Below, piece by piece: positions 11,661 through 23,636 of a DNA stretch of 64,000 bases. Location: positions 90,334,001 to 90,398,000 of the forward strand of contig NC_043006.1 in the NCBI RefSeq assembly GCF_006345805.1, read 5' to 3'. How positions within the stretch are numbered: the stretch's first letter is position 1; each line of letters opens with the position of its first letter. Below the pieces are notes generated by a model, which had not been told where the DNA came from, searched no databases, and worked only from the letters and a program-made list of their open reading frames with translations. Source of the stretch: Octopus sinensis. Lineage: Eukaryota. The position numbers were made by a program, and so were the translations under genes.

Positions 11661-13044
11661 ATACAACAATACGGGTTTCTGCTTTTGACAGAAGGGAAGC
11701 AATTCTGAGGGAAGGGGGTCACTCAATACCATCAAGCCCAGTACTAATCCTGCAAGGGAGTTTTACTAACATCCTAATGATTCTGTCAATCCAAATGATA
11801 TTAGTTCTACTACTACTACTAATAAAAAGAAGAGGAAAGGATGCATTGAACAATGTTATGTTAGATACAGTATGTGTGAAAAACTAGAAGGGATAGCCAT
11901 GGTTGGAATGCTTTTAGATATATTTGCCCAACCAGGCCTGACTAAGAGCAACAGTAGTAAGTTGATAGATGTAAGAGTCAGTGTCATATTTGGTAAGATT
12001 TGAACTAAAAACATCAGAGTGATCCCTGATGCCCTGACAGATTAAATGCCTGCATTTTGCAGGACGTTGCTGGAGTTCTGAGGAAGAACTTCATTGGGAT
12101 GCTCTTCTTATGGACAACCTGACATGGATCTACAAGGGTCACACATCTAGCAAGTGCCCTCAGTGAGTAACACAATACAGACTGGCAACCAATTACAACC
12201 AGTTGAGTCAGAGGATATTTACAGGGGAGTTTTGTTTTAATTTACTGGCTTTTGTTATTGAATTGTGGCCAGACTGGGGCTTCAAGAGTTCTATCCATTC
12301 ATAGAGATGCCACTGAACACTAATTTTTTTGTTTAGTAAATTGTTAGCTAATGTTTTGACATGATGATCCACAATACCAATTTTATACTGATAAACACAA
12401 ACACACACATAGATGTATGTATATGTATAAATATATATACAACCACACCCTAAACTGAAGCCATCAGACTTGTTTCAATTAAAATAATATAATTGCATTA
12501 TAACATTAATGAATTCTTTCATAATTTCTTTATCAATGTCAACCAATTAAAACCAACCTGAGTTAGAATATTTTGTTAACATTATATTCTGAAGTTATCT
12601 ACAGGATGGTGTATACACACAAATATGCATATATATATATACGTACACATACAGAAAGAAACATAGAGACACAGACAAATATGTGTGAGTGTATCAGTAT
12701 ATACATAAATACACATATATACAAAACATAAACAAAGCCTGAAAGATTACTTTAAGATACATGGCGTATTTCATAAATATGCCTGTTCAAGTATCATGAA
12801 AGCATGAAACTCTTAGGAGCTGTTTCGGTTGTGTAGTTAATTCGATATATGAACAGAAATACTTGCATAAGTTTATAGAAACTATCAGATAAAATCACAT
12901 AGCCTCTGAGACTCTGACCTTCTCCTTGAAGAGATGGGTTTCTATGCAAAATGTTAGGAATCTAAGGGCAAAACTGTGGTTTACAACTTCAAACATTTTT
13001 ATTTATATCTACACTTTAAGGGAAGAAAAGCTAGGTTTGTATAC

Positions 13045-13088
<44 letters not shown>

Positions 13089-13308
13089 GGGCTAGTAAAA
13101 TAAATTACTTTGCCACATACTGAACTCATTAGAAATAGCAGCTAAAAAAATTTTTTAGCCATTTCTAATACTTAAAGAAAATCTCTCTCAGATAGTGTTT
13201 GCTCAAACCAACTCACAAAGGTATGGGGGTAAAAACATAAAAAAAATTTTTTTAGCTGCTATTTCTAATGAGTTCAGTATGTGGCAAAGTAATTTATTTT
13301 ACTAGCCC
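13089..13308. repeat. Near-perfect ~65-bp inverted repeat with ~85-bp spacer
   Basis: gggctagtaaaataaattactttgccacatactgaactcattagaaatagcagctaaaaaaa and its exact reverse complement ending at 13308. Confidence 0.9.
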
Positions 13309-13412
13309 TTTTATATAATGTAATATTTTGAATTCGCCTTAAATGGTCCCTTTACATACTGAATACTTGGTGAAATTGATTAATAATTAATTAATTTTAC
13401 CCTCAATTGTTG

Positions 13413-13448
<36 letters not shown>

Positions 13449-14673
13449 TCAAGTGTCAAATTGGGAAGATCATTAGAACAGTGAATGCCCTGTGGTATTC
13501 CTTCTTGTTCCCTATATTTAAAGTTCAAATCCTGCTGTATTCAAGCTTGCCTTTCAACCTTCTGGTAGTTCATAAAATTAGATTCCAGCTGAGGCCAGTG
13601 GATGGTCGGAACTTTAAGATTGCTGGACAAAATGCTTAATGATATTAGCTCCAGCTTGTTACATTCTGTCTGCTTGGTGGGTAGAAACGGTAATGTTGAT
13701 TGCATCTGGCTGAGAAGATGGTCTCTCATGAAATATATATTTCCAACTGATTTCTTTCAATGAAGTGAAATGGTTTTACAAGGCAAACAAAATCAGGCGA
13801 ATGATTAATTAGAACTGCCAGGAGGTTACATGTATTTTACAAAGAATGCAGCTCAAAGTGAAAATAAATCAAGAAAAGCAAGGAATGTATAACCAATGAA
13901 AGGCAACTACTTTTGCATTCCTGAATAAAGACCACTGGGAACCAATCTTTGTGATTCCAGCAAGAAAATTCCATTGCAATCACAAAGCACATATCAAAAA
14001 TATCACCAGACATCCTTTGTTGAGCTGATGGCACAGAGAAAAGGAAAGGTTTGAAAGGAAGGAAGGAAGGATACTCGATGTGTAGATGGATCCAGTTTAG
14101 AACCACATGACCACAAAACAAAATTCTTAACAGCACAGCTATGCCTGTGCCTACAACACAACAATTTTCATAGCAACAGGATTCTGTACCCAGTTGCAGC
14201 CTACTTAGACTTCATTATTAATGCCAAATGTAATAATTTATCTCTCTCACATTTAGTTGCTCTGGCACAAGGATTCGGCATTTCATTGCAATTGATATTT
14301 TCTCTCATGGACCAGCTTAGTCTACATGTTGCCAGACCACTATCAGAAAGATTGGTAACTCATATCTTATCAAAGATGCTGAAGGGAAAAGTGGAATTTA
14401 CCTCTGATATCAATAGCTTTATTTATCAATCTCTAAACAGTTTAACATGAGTTATACTACAGCTGGAAGCAGTGGCAGCACTATAGAATCGCAAAGTGTT
14501 ATAATAGTTTCAAGCATAAAATACAAAGCCCTTTGAAGCTATCAGGAAAAAAAGATTAGCTCTGTGAATGGCCATACTTATGTTTTATTTATTATTTTCT
14601 GAATTTGAATGATGAACAACAGATTTGTTGGTTACAGGTTTCTGACAAAAAGCCTGATCATGTCTTCATTGTA

Positions 14674-15046
14674 CAGGGTGATTCAAAAGTCTCCATACAT
14701 AGGAAAAATGAATTTTTTTTATAAGAGACAGTTTACAAGATCCCCTAGATCCCCTGATCTGACCCCTCTTGATTTCTATCTTTGGGGCCATTTGAAAGGC
14801 ATGGTGTATTGCGGTAAGATAAAAGACATAAATCATTTGAAGGAACGCATCTCCAACTCCTTTGCACAGGTATCACCAGATGTGCTATTACGAGTTCACA
14901 ATGGGTTGGGTAAACGTATTGCAATGTGTATTCAAAACAAGGGTAACCATAAATAGAGCCTGTTAAAAAAAAAAACTGTTCTTATAAACTGTTTCTTATG
15001 AAAAAGTTAAATAGTTCCTATGTATGGTGACTTTTGAATCACCCTG
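14674..15046 (+). mobile_element. Internally deleted Tc1/mariner element (373 bp)
   Basis: TIRs CAGGGTGATTCAAAAGTC(T/A)CCATACATAGGAA at both ends, TA on both flanks, internal SPRSPDLTPLDFYLWGHLKGMVY. Confidence 0.9.
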
Positions 15047-15549
15047 TATATTTAACCGCAAAATTGATAAGGGACCATCCGGGTATCTCATGCAGAATAC
15101 GTATACATCGGTATTTTTTATTCAAAAACTTGATTTGTTTTGTGTTTCTTAATGTTTATATGTTTTGTCTGGTTTTGCATACACGGTGATCATAAGCCTA
15201 TCTAATTAGGGACTACTTGGAGGAAAACAACAATAAAAAGAATGAGAACAGAGGACCAAATTGGATCAGAGATGAAGAAACTTTTCATGTTGGAAGGCCA
15301 CATTGAAGTCAACTGACATTTGATAAACCCACATTAAAACAAAAATAAAAGTTTCAATTTTAAATTCATTCTTTTATAAAATATGATTATAAAAAATTCT
15401 AATGAAATATAAAGTAGGTAGATTTTTGGAATAAGCTTTCCTCAATGCAATTAATTGTAAAATGTTTTTCCAAAAATTTCTTTAGATTTTCACAGTTTAA
15501 CAACAATTGTAAATACAATCCACAATTCCAACCGTGAATACTAAGAGTT

Positions 15550-15697
15550 CATCATCATCATCATCATCATTTAACGTCCGCTTTCCATGCTAGCATGGGT
15601 TGGATGATTTGACTGAGGACTGGTGAACCAGATGGCTGCACCAGGCCCCAATCTCATGTGGCAGAGTTTCTATGGCTGGATGCCCTTCCTAATGCAA
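15550..15697 (-). mobile_element. RTE-type 3' end / SINE family C with (GAT)n tail
   Basis: (cat)n ttaacgtccgctttccatgctagcatgggttgga...ggctggatgcccttcctaa. Confidence 0.8.
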
Positions 15698-15801
15698 AGA
15701 TATACAAAGAGTGGTTTCTAAATAATGCAATTGACAGGAAAGGTAAGTTACAAATAAAAGTAAATTAACAAAAATATTTATTCCTGCAGAATTATTTTTC
15801 C

Positions 15802-15871
15802 TTAAAAAAATGTTTTTCTTCTGGAAGGCTGTGCCAAACTCTTCAGAATGCCACAGGTCTCCACCTTTGAA
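15802..15871 (-). CDS. Candidate alternative terminal exon (phase 2: xSKVETCGILKSLAQPSRRKTFF*)
   Basis: Acceptor ttttatgcaatgtccag|T; VETCGI shared with the 4492 exon; AATAAA (minus) at 15777-15782 just after the stop. Confidence 0.4.
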
Positions 15872-16326
15872 CTGGACATTGCATAAAATATGCTTTTGAT
15901 GTGTGAGGAGAACAATAATGACAAGACAATGGATAAAATCTCTATCCTGTGCTGCTATTGTTGTTGTTGTTGGCTGTCATCATCTTCGTCCTCATTTTAC
16001 AAGGGACAGGTGAGACTATATTGCAAAAGAATGTTTCACAGCTGGATGCTCTTCCTGTCACCAACTCCGACTTGTTTCCAGGCAAGGTTCCAAAAGTTCC
16101 ACACAACAAGCAGCCTGGACATGTTTACATGGAGAACTGGAAACAATTGATATTGTATGAACGAGTTTTTTCTTTGATGTGGCAAATGGCTGAGATATGC
16201 TTCTGAGGTGGACTGGAAGCAGATGACACCATCAGTGTTTCCAACCAGTGAACAAACACACACAAAGATGAGGGAATATGAACTCACTCAAACACACACA
16301 CACATACAAAATCATATCCCATCCGC

Positions 16327-16370
<44 letters not shown>

Positions 16371-16387
16371 TCCCTGCATGCACACTT

Positions 16388-16552
16388 AGCAGACTTCTTT
16401 CTGTTTCCGTCTCCCAACAACAAATCCATCGATTAGGGTTTTTAGCAGGCTCAGGTCTATTGTAAAAGTTTCTTGCCTAAAGTGCTCAAAAGAGAGATTT
16501 AACCTGAAACCACAAGGTTGGGAAGTGAACTTGTAAACCCCTCAGCCATGAC
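16388..16552 (-). mobile_element. SINE family A, diverged
   Basis: cttctttctgtttccgtctccc...gaaaccacaaggttgggaagtgaac. Confidence 0.6.
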
Positions 16553-16924
16553 TGAGATTTGAACCAAGAATCATTCTTTCAAATATTGCCACAAACATTG
16601 AAATTGCAGCCTAGTGATTCAATCTATTCGGTAAGTGATGCCTTCTTTCTTTGAGTCAAGTACTAAGGAACCATGGCTGTTCTTTCACAGAAATTGGTCT
16701 TATGTCTAGTCTTAGAAGAAATCAATAATAACCATGCACAGAACAAAGAAGAAAATGGTTATAAAAATATGAGGAATGTCATTGAGAATGGTTTATGACT
16801 TTTTCCAATATGTTTGGTAATGGTGGAAGTAATCTATGATTACCAAACAGTCCGGCTTTAAGTTTTGTAATTAAATGAAACTTCAGTGCTTGTGAGGCCG
16901 AAATGTAACAAACAGTTAAAATCT

Positions 16925-17159
16925 TCAATTGAACGTGTCATGTGTATAGATGGAGAAAAATAAAATAAAAATGTCAAGAGTCTTGTCAGTCGATTTTTGA
17001 AATGAACTATCCAAAGAAATTTGACACTGTTGGAGGAAACATTGAATGAATGCCATGTGGTTGAAATTTATGTCAGAGGTTAGAAAAGCAGATTGTATCA
17101 AGTACCTCGGTGACACAAAGGTTACAACAATGCTCTCTGCTCTTCTCACTCGATTTTCA
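16925..17159 (-). CDS. Candidate terminal exon (phase 2: xENRVRRAESIVVTFVSPRYLIQ...HDTFN*)
   Basis: Acceptor tctatcattgcacattgcag|T; 77 open codons in phase 2. Confidence 0.25.
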
Positions 17160-17421
17160 CTGCAATGTGCAATGATAGAGCAATAGTGGTGGAACTGTTA
17201 AAATGGAATCTATGGCAGCTGTGTATGAGAGGAGTTAATAGGAGGGAATTTAATGATACACATAGACATCAGCATTACATTAAAGTTCTCTTTCACTGAC
17301 TTATTTACATTCTTCTGTTCTTCTAATTTTAAATTCTCTACAGAAACAACACACACACACACACACACACACATACAATCTTGTTAATGCATATTAACAG
17401 ACCTTACTGCTTCCGACTTAC

Positions 17422-17506
17422 CATAATGAAAACATAGCTATTTTTTTTAAAAACTTTTACTCAGGAAGAAAAGCAGCACTCATGACTTGTTATAGGGTCT
17501 GCAACA
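17422..17506 (-). CDS. Candidate stop-containing cassette exon (phase 2: xVADPITSHECCFSS*)
   Basis: Acceptor ctctctccctttcaccag|T; consensus donor ATG|GTAAGT at 17422/17421. Confidence 0.35.
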
Positions 17507-17599
17507 CTGGTGAAAGGGAGAGAGAGCTAGAGAGAGGGGGGAGCTACTCTCAAACCAGAAGCCTAACCCAGATTCTTGATACTTGGCCAAAAGTACCCA

Positions 17600-17875
17600 A
17601 AGTCTCAAGTGACGGTGTTATGGCAGGGGAGGAGTCAAATCTACCCCCTGGCTGGGTTTGAATTCAGAATGTGGAGCCAATACAACTACCAAAAGGCATT
17701 TGATGTTCTTAGAGTCCCACAAATGCAATGCCTTCAACTGGCCCTTTTTCTTATCAACCCTGAAAGGATGAAAGACAAAGTTGATTTCAGCTGGATTTGA
17801 ACTCAAAACACTGACAGTGAAAAGAGATACTGCAAAGTTTTCTGTCTGATGCTCTGATGACTGCCATTTCACTAG
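17600..17875 (-). mobile_element. SINE family B, diverged
   Basis: tatcaaccctgaaaggatgaaagacaaagttga...atttgaactca. Confidence 0.6.
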
Positions 17876-17968
17876 CTCGTTATATTTGGTTAAGTTACAA
17901 TGATATTTATGGTCAGGTGATACTATAATCCTGCATTGGAAGGAAATATATCATTAAAATCTGCTTAA

Positions 17969-18191
17969 TTATTGAATATCTTTGAAGTGCAATGGTTCAA
18001 TGCATGGAGGTACCATGTGCAGGAATTTATATCCAGTAAAACACTGATAGTTTGGAGGTAAAGTAAGGCTTGAAATAATGAACAAAGAATAAGGAGTAAG
18101 AATTAAGAATTTACAGACAAGCCAGGTCAAACTGAAGTCAATGTTATACTTATTATTAGAACTATCAAGGCTATCTCTGTATGTTGATATG
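17969..18191 (-). CDS. Candidate terminal exon (phase 2: xISTYRDSLDSSNNKYNIDFSLTWLVC...FKDIQ*)
   Basis: Long pyrimidine tract (18230-18560), ACTAAT branch, acceptor gccttag|C; 73 open codons in phase 2. Confidence 0.25.
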
Positions 18192-18378
18192 CTAAGGCCA
18201 ACATGCATTATGTTGTCACGTGATTAGTTGAAGGGGAAGGTGAAGAGCAAGAGAGAAAGAGGATGAGAGAAGGGTTAAGAACGTGGGGTAAGAGGAACAT
18301 AACAGTTATTACGGAGATAAAAAGTGCAAGGGTAGTGATATAAAGAAGAAGTTAGAAATAGAATGTTTGGTAGAGAGA

Positions 18379-18419
<41 letters not shown>

Positions 18420-19267
18420 TAGTGGCATTATGGCTATTGGATGCATTAAGCTGTCGTGTGGTTAATGGAAGAGAGAGAGCGGAGAATGATATGGTTAAAA
18501 AGTTTGTTGAAGTTGGTGATAGAGAGAAAAAGAGAGAGAAATAGAAAGTATACAAAAGAGGGAGATTTCAAAACAACATATTTTATTGTGACTGACAAGA
18601 AAATAACATTTTAATACTCATTTTTAAAAAAATCTCTTTTAACTTTTGATCTGTTTCTCTCTCTATCCACAATGACAACTGCATTGATGGCTGGACAGAA
18701 GAAAGGTTTGTTTACATTAGATATCATAATAAACTTATTTGAAAGATAGATTTTTAAATGAATGTGAAATAACTTTGCAAAATTGCTGTGGGTGTTATTT
18801 TTTTTAAAATTGGTTATTTGAACTTTGTATTAACAAGAAAAGTAGATATAAACAAACAACTGAACTGAAATGAAATGGTATAAACTTGGCAAACAACTTA
18901 GACTGAGCTTTGTTATTGAAAACTGTGGTGTTGGTGGTGGTGGTCATGGTGAAGGTGGCAGTAGGGAGTGGATAGTGAAAAATGTGGCTTTTTTTCTTCT
19001 TCTTAATTGAACTAAATGTTTTACATCACCTGTCACTTAATGCATGTGCATAAGTGCAATTATATATCATCTGCTCGCTTGAAGATGGATGTTTCTTTAT
19101 GAAATATGGATGACAGATGATGTAAGCTAACAAGAGAAAGAATGAGACTGTATGGGCAATGGTGTAAAGGGAAGCGGAGAGATGAATTACTAGGACAAGT
19201 ACAGGGGTATCGGAGTGTGTAAAATGGGGAAATATGCATCAAAAGGTGGGTATTTATAACCGATGAG

Positions 19268-19380
19268 GGAAAATTGCAACATTGGTGCCATGAATATGGT
19301 TGAAAATTGCAACTTTGGTGCCATGAATATTCTCTGTAATCATTGTGAAGCTCTTAGATTTATAAATGAAGAACCGTCTG
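19268..19380 (+). mobile_element. Helitron Rep/Hel N-terminal Zn-finger fragment with 33-bp tandem duplication
   Basis: FGAMNILCNHCEALRFINEE fits the G.M...C..C.A..F..E motif; gaaaattgcaac(a/t)ttggtgccatgaatat occurs twice. Confidence 0.55.
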
Positions 19381-19518
19381 AACGGCTGAGAGAATGGGAG
19401 AGTTATAAAGGACTGAAAGGTGTCTCTAAATGAAAATAAGGCAGAATAGGCAATTTATAAAGGAACACTAATTGGTAGGGCTCTACAAAATGGTATCAAA
19501 AGATTCCTGGATTAGTTA

Positions 19519-19546
19519 TCTCTATATATATAAAACTGAGAATGTG

Positions 19547-19582
<36 letters not shown>

Positions 19583-20420
19583 CGTGTGTTTCCCTAAAAC
19601 TTGAGAACTACACAACCAATTTCATTCAAATTTTACACATGCCTTACTTAGGGTCCATGTAGTTTCATGGGCAAAAAAAATGTTCAACTTCTTGCCTATT
19701 TCAGTATTACATGTTAAAAGTGAAACAAAAACATTTCTCTATTTTATGTCAGATACTTTCACTTTAACAATAAAAATTAGAGATAATAATGACAATTGAA
19801 TTATATGTAGTAAGTAATAATTAAAATCAAACTAAAGTATAATATAATTGTAACATAACAAAAGTAAAAATAGCAATTGGTATAAAATTGCATCAATGAC
19901 TTGAACTTGAATAAGTGGTTTCACATGAATGGGAATAAATTAAAAATAAAATTAATGCGCAGACAAGGAATAGTCCATTAAATTAAAGAAAAGACTATTG
20001 TCTATAAAATATACAATGTAGAGAAAAAAAGATTTGAACAACTGAAGGAAAGCATCATCGAAAAGTGTCTTGGTGCGACTATGAAAGATATCAAGTATCT
20101 AACCAGAGGCAGTAAATTCGCCACAATAGAAGCAAGGTTTGAGTCAACGCAGCGTGCAAGGGAGTACTCGACTTGAACCTTGCAAAGTGGAAATATTTTA
20201 TTTTTACATTTATATCTGGGACATAGGACGTCCCGGATAAAAATTTAAAATGTCCCCCCAGAAGTAGAGGTAGGCTGGATTGTAGCCACACTTCTATACA
20301 AGAGGGAGGACAAGATACAATTGATCGAAATTGCAAGAGACGGGTCTACAATTCCAGTCTGTTATATATTTTGAGTATTGTTATCACTAGCGATATCAAG
20401 ATATAACGTTGTATTTTGTA
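19519..20420 (+). mobile_element. Non-autonomous Helitron-like element, 5' part
   Basis: TC-TATATATATAAAA start, (GTCT)n, then aaaacttgagaactacacaaccaatttcattcaaa; second copy at 31985-32145. Confidence 0.6.
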
Positions 20421-20451
20421 TTTTATGTGTAGATGTATATATATAGATGTA

Positions 20452-21548
20452 CATCATCATCATCATCATCATCATCATCGTTTAGCGTCCGTTTTCCATG
20501 CTAGCACGGGTTGGACGGTTCTACTGGGGTCTGTGAAGCCAGAAGGCTTCATCAGGCCCAGTCAAATCTGGCAGTGTTTCTACGGCTGGATGCCCTTCCT
20601 AACGCCAACCACTCCGTGAGTGTAGTGGGTGCTTTTTACGTGCCACCCGCACTGGTGCCAGACAGAGCTGGCAAACGGCCACGAACGGATGGTGCTTTTT
20701 ATGTGCCACCGGCACGAGGGCCAGGCGAGGCTGGCAACGGACACGAAACGGGGCGGTGCTGGCAACGGTCGCGAAACGGAAAGTTCTCTTACATGCCACC
20801 GTCACTGGTAACACATCTGCAATTTCCATTGATCGATTTCGATTCTGATCCTCACTTGCCTCAACGGGTCTTCACAAGTAGAGTTTCGACATGCCACCGG
20901 CACTGGTAACACATCCGCAATTTCCATTGATCGATTTCGATTCTGATCCTCACTTGCCTCAACACGTCTTCACAAGTGGAGTTTTGTGTCCCAAGAAGGG
21001 AAGGTATGCATACGTAGGCTGGCTCCATCCCATGTAGAAGGCCACGGGTTATGGACTCACTTGTCCTGCCGGGTCTTCTCGCGCACAGCACACTTCCAGA
21101 GGTCTCGGTCTCTAGTCATTTCCTCAGTGAGACCTAAAGTTCGAAGGTCGTGCTTCACCACCTCGTCCCAGGTTTTCCTGGGTCTGCCTCTTCCACAGGT
21201 TCCCTCAACCGCTAGGGTGTGGCACTTTTTCACACAACTATCTTCATCCATTCTCGCCACATGACCATACCAGCGCAAACGTCTCTCTTGCACACCACAA
21301 CTGATGCTTCTTAGGTCCAGCTTTTCTCTCAAGGTACTTACACTCTGCCGAGTGTGAGTACCGGCATTACACATCCATCGGAGCATACTGGCTTCATTTC
21401 TTGCGAGCTTACGCATATCCTCAGCAGTCACGGCCCATGTTTCACTGCCATGTAGCATGGCTGTTTGTACACACGCATCATACAGTCTGCCTTTCACTCT
21501 GTGCGAGAGGCCTTTTGTCACCAGCAGAGGTAAGAGCTCTCTGAACTT
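20452..21548 (-). mobile_element. 5'-truncated RTE-clade LINE (ORF2 C-terminus, 3' UTR, (GAT)n tail)
   Basis: Open frame KFRELLPLL...MLHGSETWAV...RRLRWYGHVARM...GRGRPRKTWDEVV...DK* (21548-21057); 3' UTR with ~87-bp tandem duplication. Confidence 0.92.
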
Positions 21549-21589
21549 TATACACATATATACATGCACTAGCACTATGACCTGGCAAC

Positions 21590-22250
21590 GCCGGGTCATA
21601 ATGCTAGTATTTAATAAAAATAACTTATTTACCAATGTTTTAACAATATCACCTTCAAAATAGTCACCTTGCACAGCAATAGACTGGTCACTTTTGGAAT
21701 CAAGCCTGGAAGTCGTTTTCCAGAAGTGAGTCGAGGACTTTCTGCAATTCACTCTGGATCCTGACAATGGTGTTAAAATGGCAATCTTCAAGCTGCTTTT
21801 TCCCCTTCGGGAAAGAGATGGAAGTCCACAAGCCCTAAATATGGGTGAATATGGCAGGTGTGGAAGTGATAGCATTTTGTTTTTGACAAGAAACTCACAA
21901 GTGAGGAGACTTTGGTAACAGGGTGCATCACTGTCATGAAGAATCCAATGCTCCACATTTCACAGATTCAGTCATTTCCACTGAATGTCCTTCCTCAAAC
22001 ACTTCAAAACATCACAAGACTTACCAGGTTTAACGTTGGCTTTTTGTTCCAACTTTCTGTCCATGACAAAATTGTGGACTACAGCATCACAAGTCATCAC
22101 AAAAACACAAACACCACAGCTTGCGAAGTAAATGGTGTTACTCAGCCCACTGCTTCATGAAGGTCACTGTTAGCTCTCACTGTGTATGCAACTATGTGCT
22201 GCCATCTGTTGGCATGCCAGAAAACAAGTCTACAAACCTTTTGATATAAT
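21590..22250 (-). mobile_element. Decayed mariner element
   Basis: WILHDSDAPCYQSLLTCEFLVKNKMLSLPHLPYSP; QGDYFEGD C-terminus; homologous to 44925-45795. Confidence 0.85.
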
Positions 22251-22479
22251 CATCTAAAAGATTTCATAATTACCATGGAATTTCCAAGGGTACTGCTAGT
22301 TATTATTTTTGCTATTATCATTATTATCATTATTATTATTATTATTATTATAATTATTTTAATTAGTATATTTATTGTTAATTATTAATTAATATTGCAG
22401 AATATTACAATTGTCATTGTTTAATCTTATTATTATTATTATTATTACTACCCTCAATAACTGTATTGTACTAAATCAA

Positions 22480-22965
22480 AATCAAATCAAATTCGCAAAT
22501 TCAATGACTGTCACCCGTACCAGGGGAGCGCTAAGAGCCCCATCCGAGCATGATTGCCGCCAGAGCAGCTGAGTGGCTTCCGTGCAAGTGGTACGTAAAA
22601 AAACATCATTCAAATGTGATCGTTACCAGCGTTGCCTTACTGGCACTTCTGCCGGTGGCACGTGAAAAATATTCGAGCGAGGTCATTACCAGTGCTGCTG
22701 GACTGGCTCCTGTGCAGGTGGTATGTCAAAAACATCACTTGAGTGTGTCCATTGCCAGTACCACCTAATTGGCCCTCGTGCCAGTGGCACATAAAAGCAC
22801 CTACTACACTCTTGGAGTGGTTGCAATTAGGAAGGGCATCCAGCTGTAGAAACTCTGCCAGATCAAGATTGGAGTCTGGTGCAGCTATCTGGTTCACCAG
22901 TCCCCAGTCAAATCGTCCAACCCATGCTAGCATGGCAAGTGGACGTTAAATGATGATGATGATTA
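22480..22965 (+). mobile_element. SINE family C / RTE 3' UTR-related element with internal gtggcacgtaaaa repeats
   Basis: Ends gtccaacccatgctagcatgg...acgttaaa(tga)n as in the RTE at 20452. Confidence 0.8.
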
Positions 22966-23602
22966 AATAGCAGAAATATCACATATTGAGAATAATATAG
23001 ATACTGCTATTATGATACTGAGAATAATTTTTCCAGTTAAATTATGACAACAACAACTCTTAAAGATAACAATCCAACTAAAATCATTATATTGGTAGAT
23101 AGTATTAGAAAGTTTCTCGTATCTTGTGAGGACATCTTATATATAATTTCTCAAATTTATTAATAAGATTCTTCTTGCATCGCAAAATTTTATATTGAGA
23201 CTTTCCAGGCAACACACAGAACTGATGCCACCACCCAAGTCTGGTAGAGCTTTCCTTAAGATAGATGAAGAAATTGTGCAATGAATACCAAGTTTTTATT
23301 TCCCAGATTTTTGTCTCCAATGGTGCTGATTTGGCTTTATCTTCTCTCCTAAAGGTATGTAAATGGTTATGTGATCTAGATTTGAAAGGAACCAAATATA
23401 ATGAGGCAAAGAGCATTGAACAGAATACATTGCAGATACTCTGCCCTGAGAGTGATTAATTGTCCTTCAAAATTTCTTTCATTAGTAAATTCCAATGTAA
23501 GATTCTCTTCCCCCAAAGGCTCAGTGTATTTTCAGTAAAATATTTGGCAGAATATCACCTCAAGAAATGGAATGGTTTCAAATTTACATATTATCTGTAA
23601 AG

Positions 23603-23636
23603 TTACTCAGTGAACTCACATCTGGAATGAACCTTG
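23603..23636 (-). CDS. Candidate short exon (phase 2: xKVHSRCEFTE*; or 17-nt microexon to GAT|GTGAGT)
   Basis: Acceptor tttttttgcatttttctatag|C followed by ~500 nt of unique sequence. Confidence 0.3.

Noticed and set aside
12915-12965. Penelope-type hammerhead remnant (TTGAAGA...AAAATGTT)
   Set aside because: Uncompensated U3-G8 and loss of GAAA; not supportable as functional.
15844-15864. VETCGIL resembling the AMSH/STAMBP JAMM motif
   Set aside because: Flanking residues do not match and a stop follows 13 codons later.
21057-21956. 299-aa ORF as a novel transposase-RT fusion gene
   Set aside because: Chance in-frame junction of a decayed, frameshifted mariner and a truncated RTE.
22550-22810. 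Spaced short repeats resembling a CRISPR array
   Set aside because: Degenerate internal repeats of the RTE-related SINE; eukaryotic context, no cas genes.
23105-23416. 103-aa minus-strand ORF in unique sequence
   Set aside because: No recognisable domain or in-frame acceptor; more likely UTR or intron behind the 23636 candidate.
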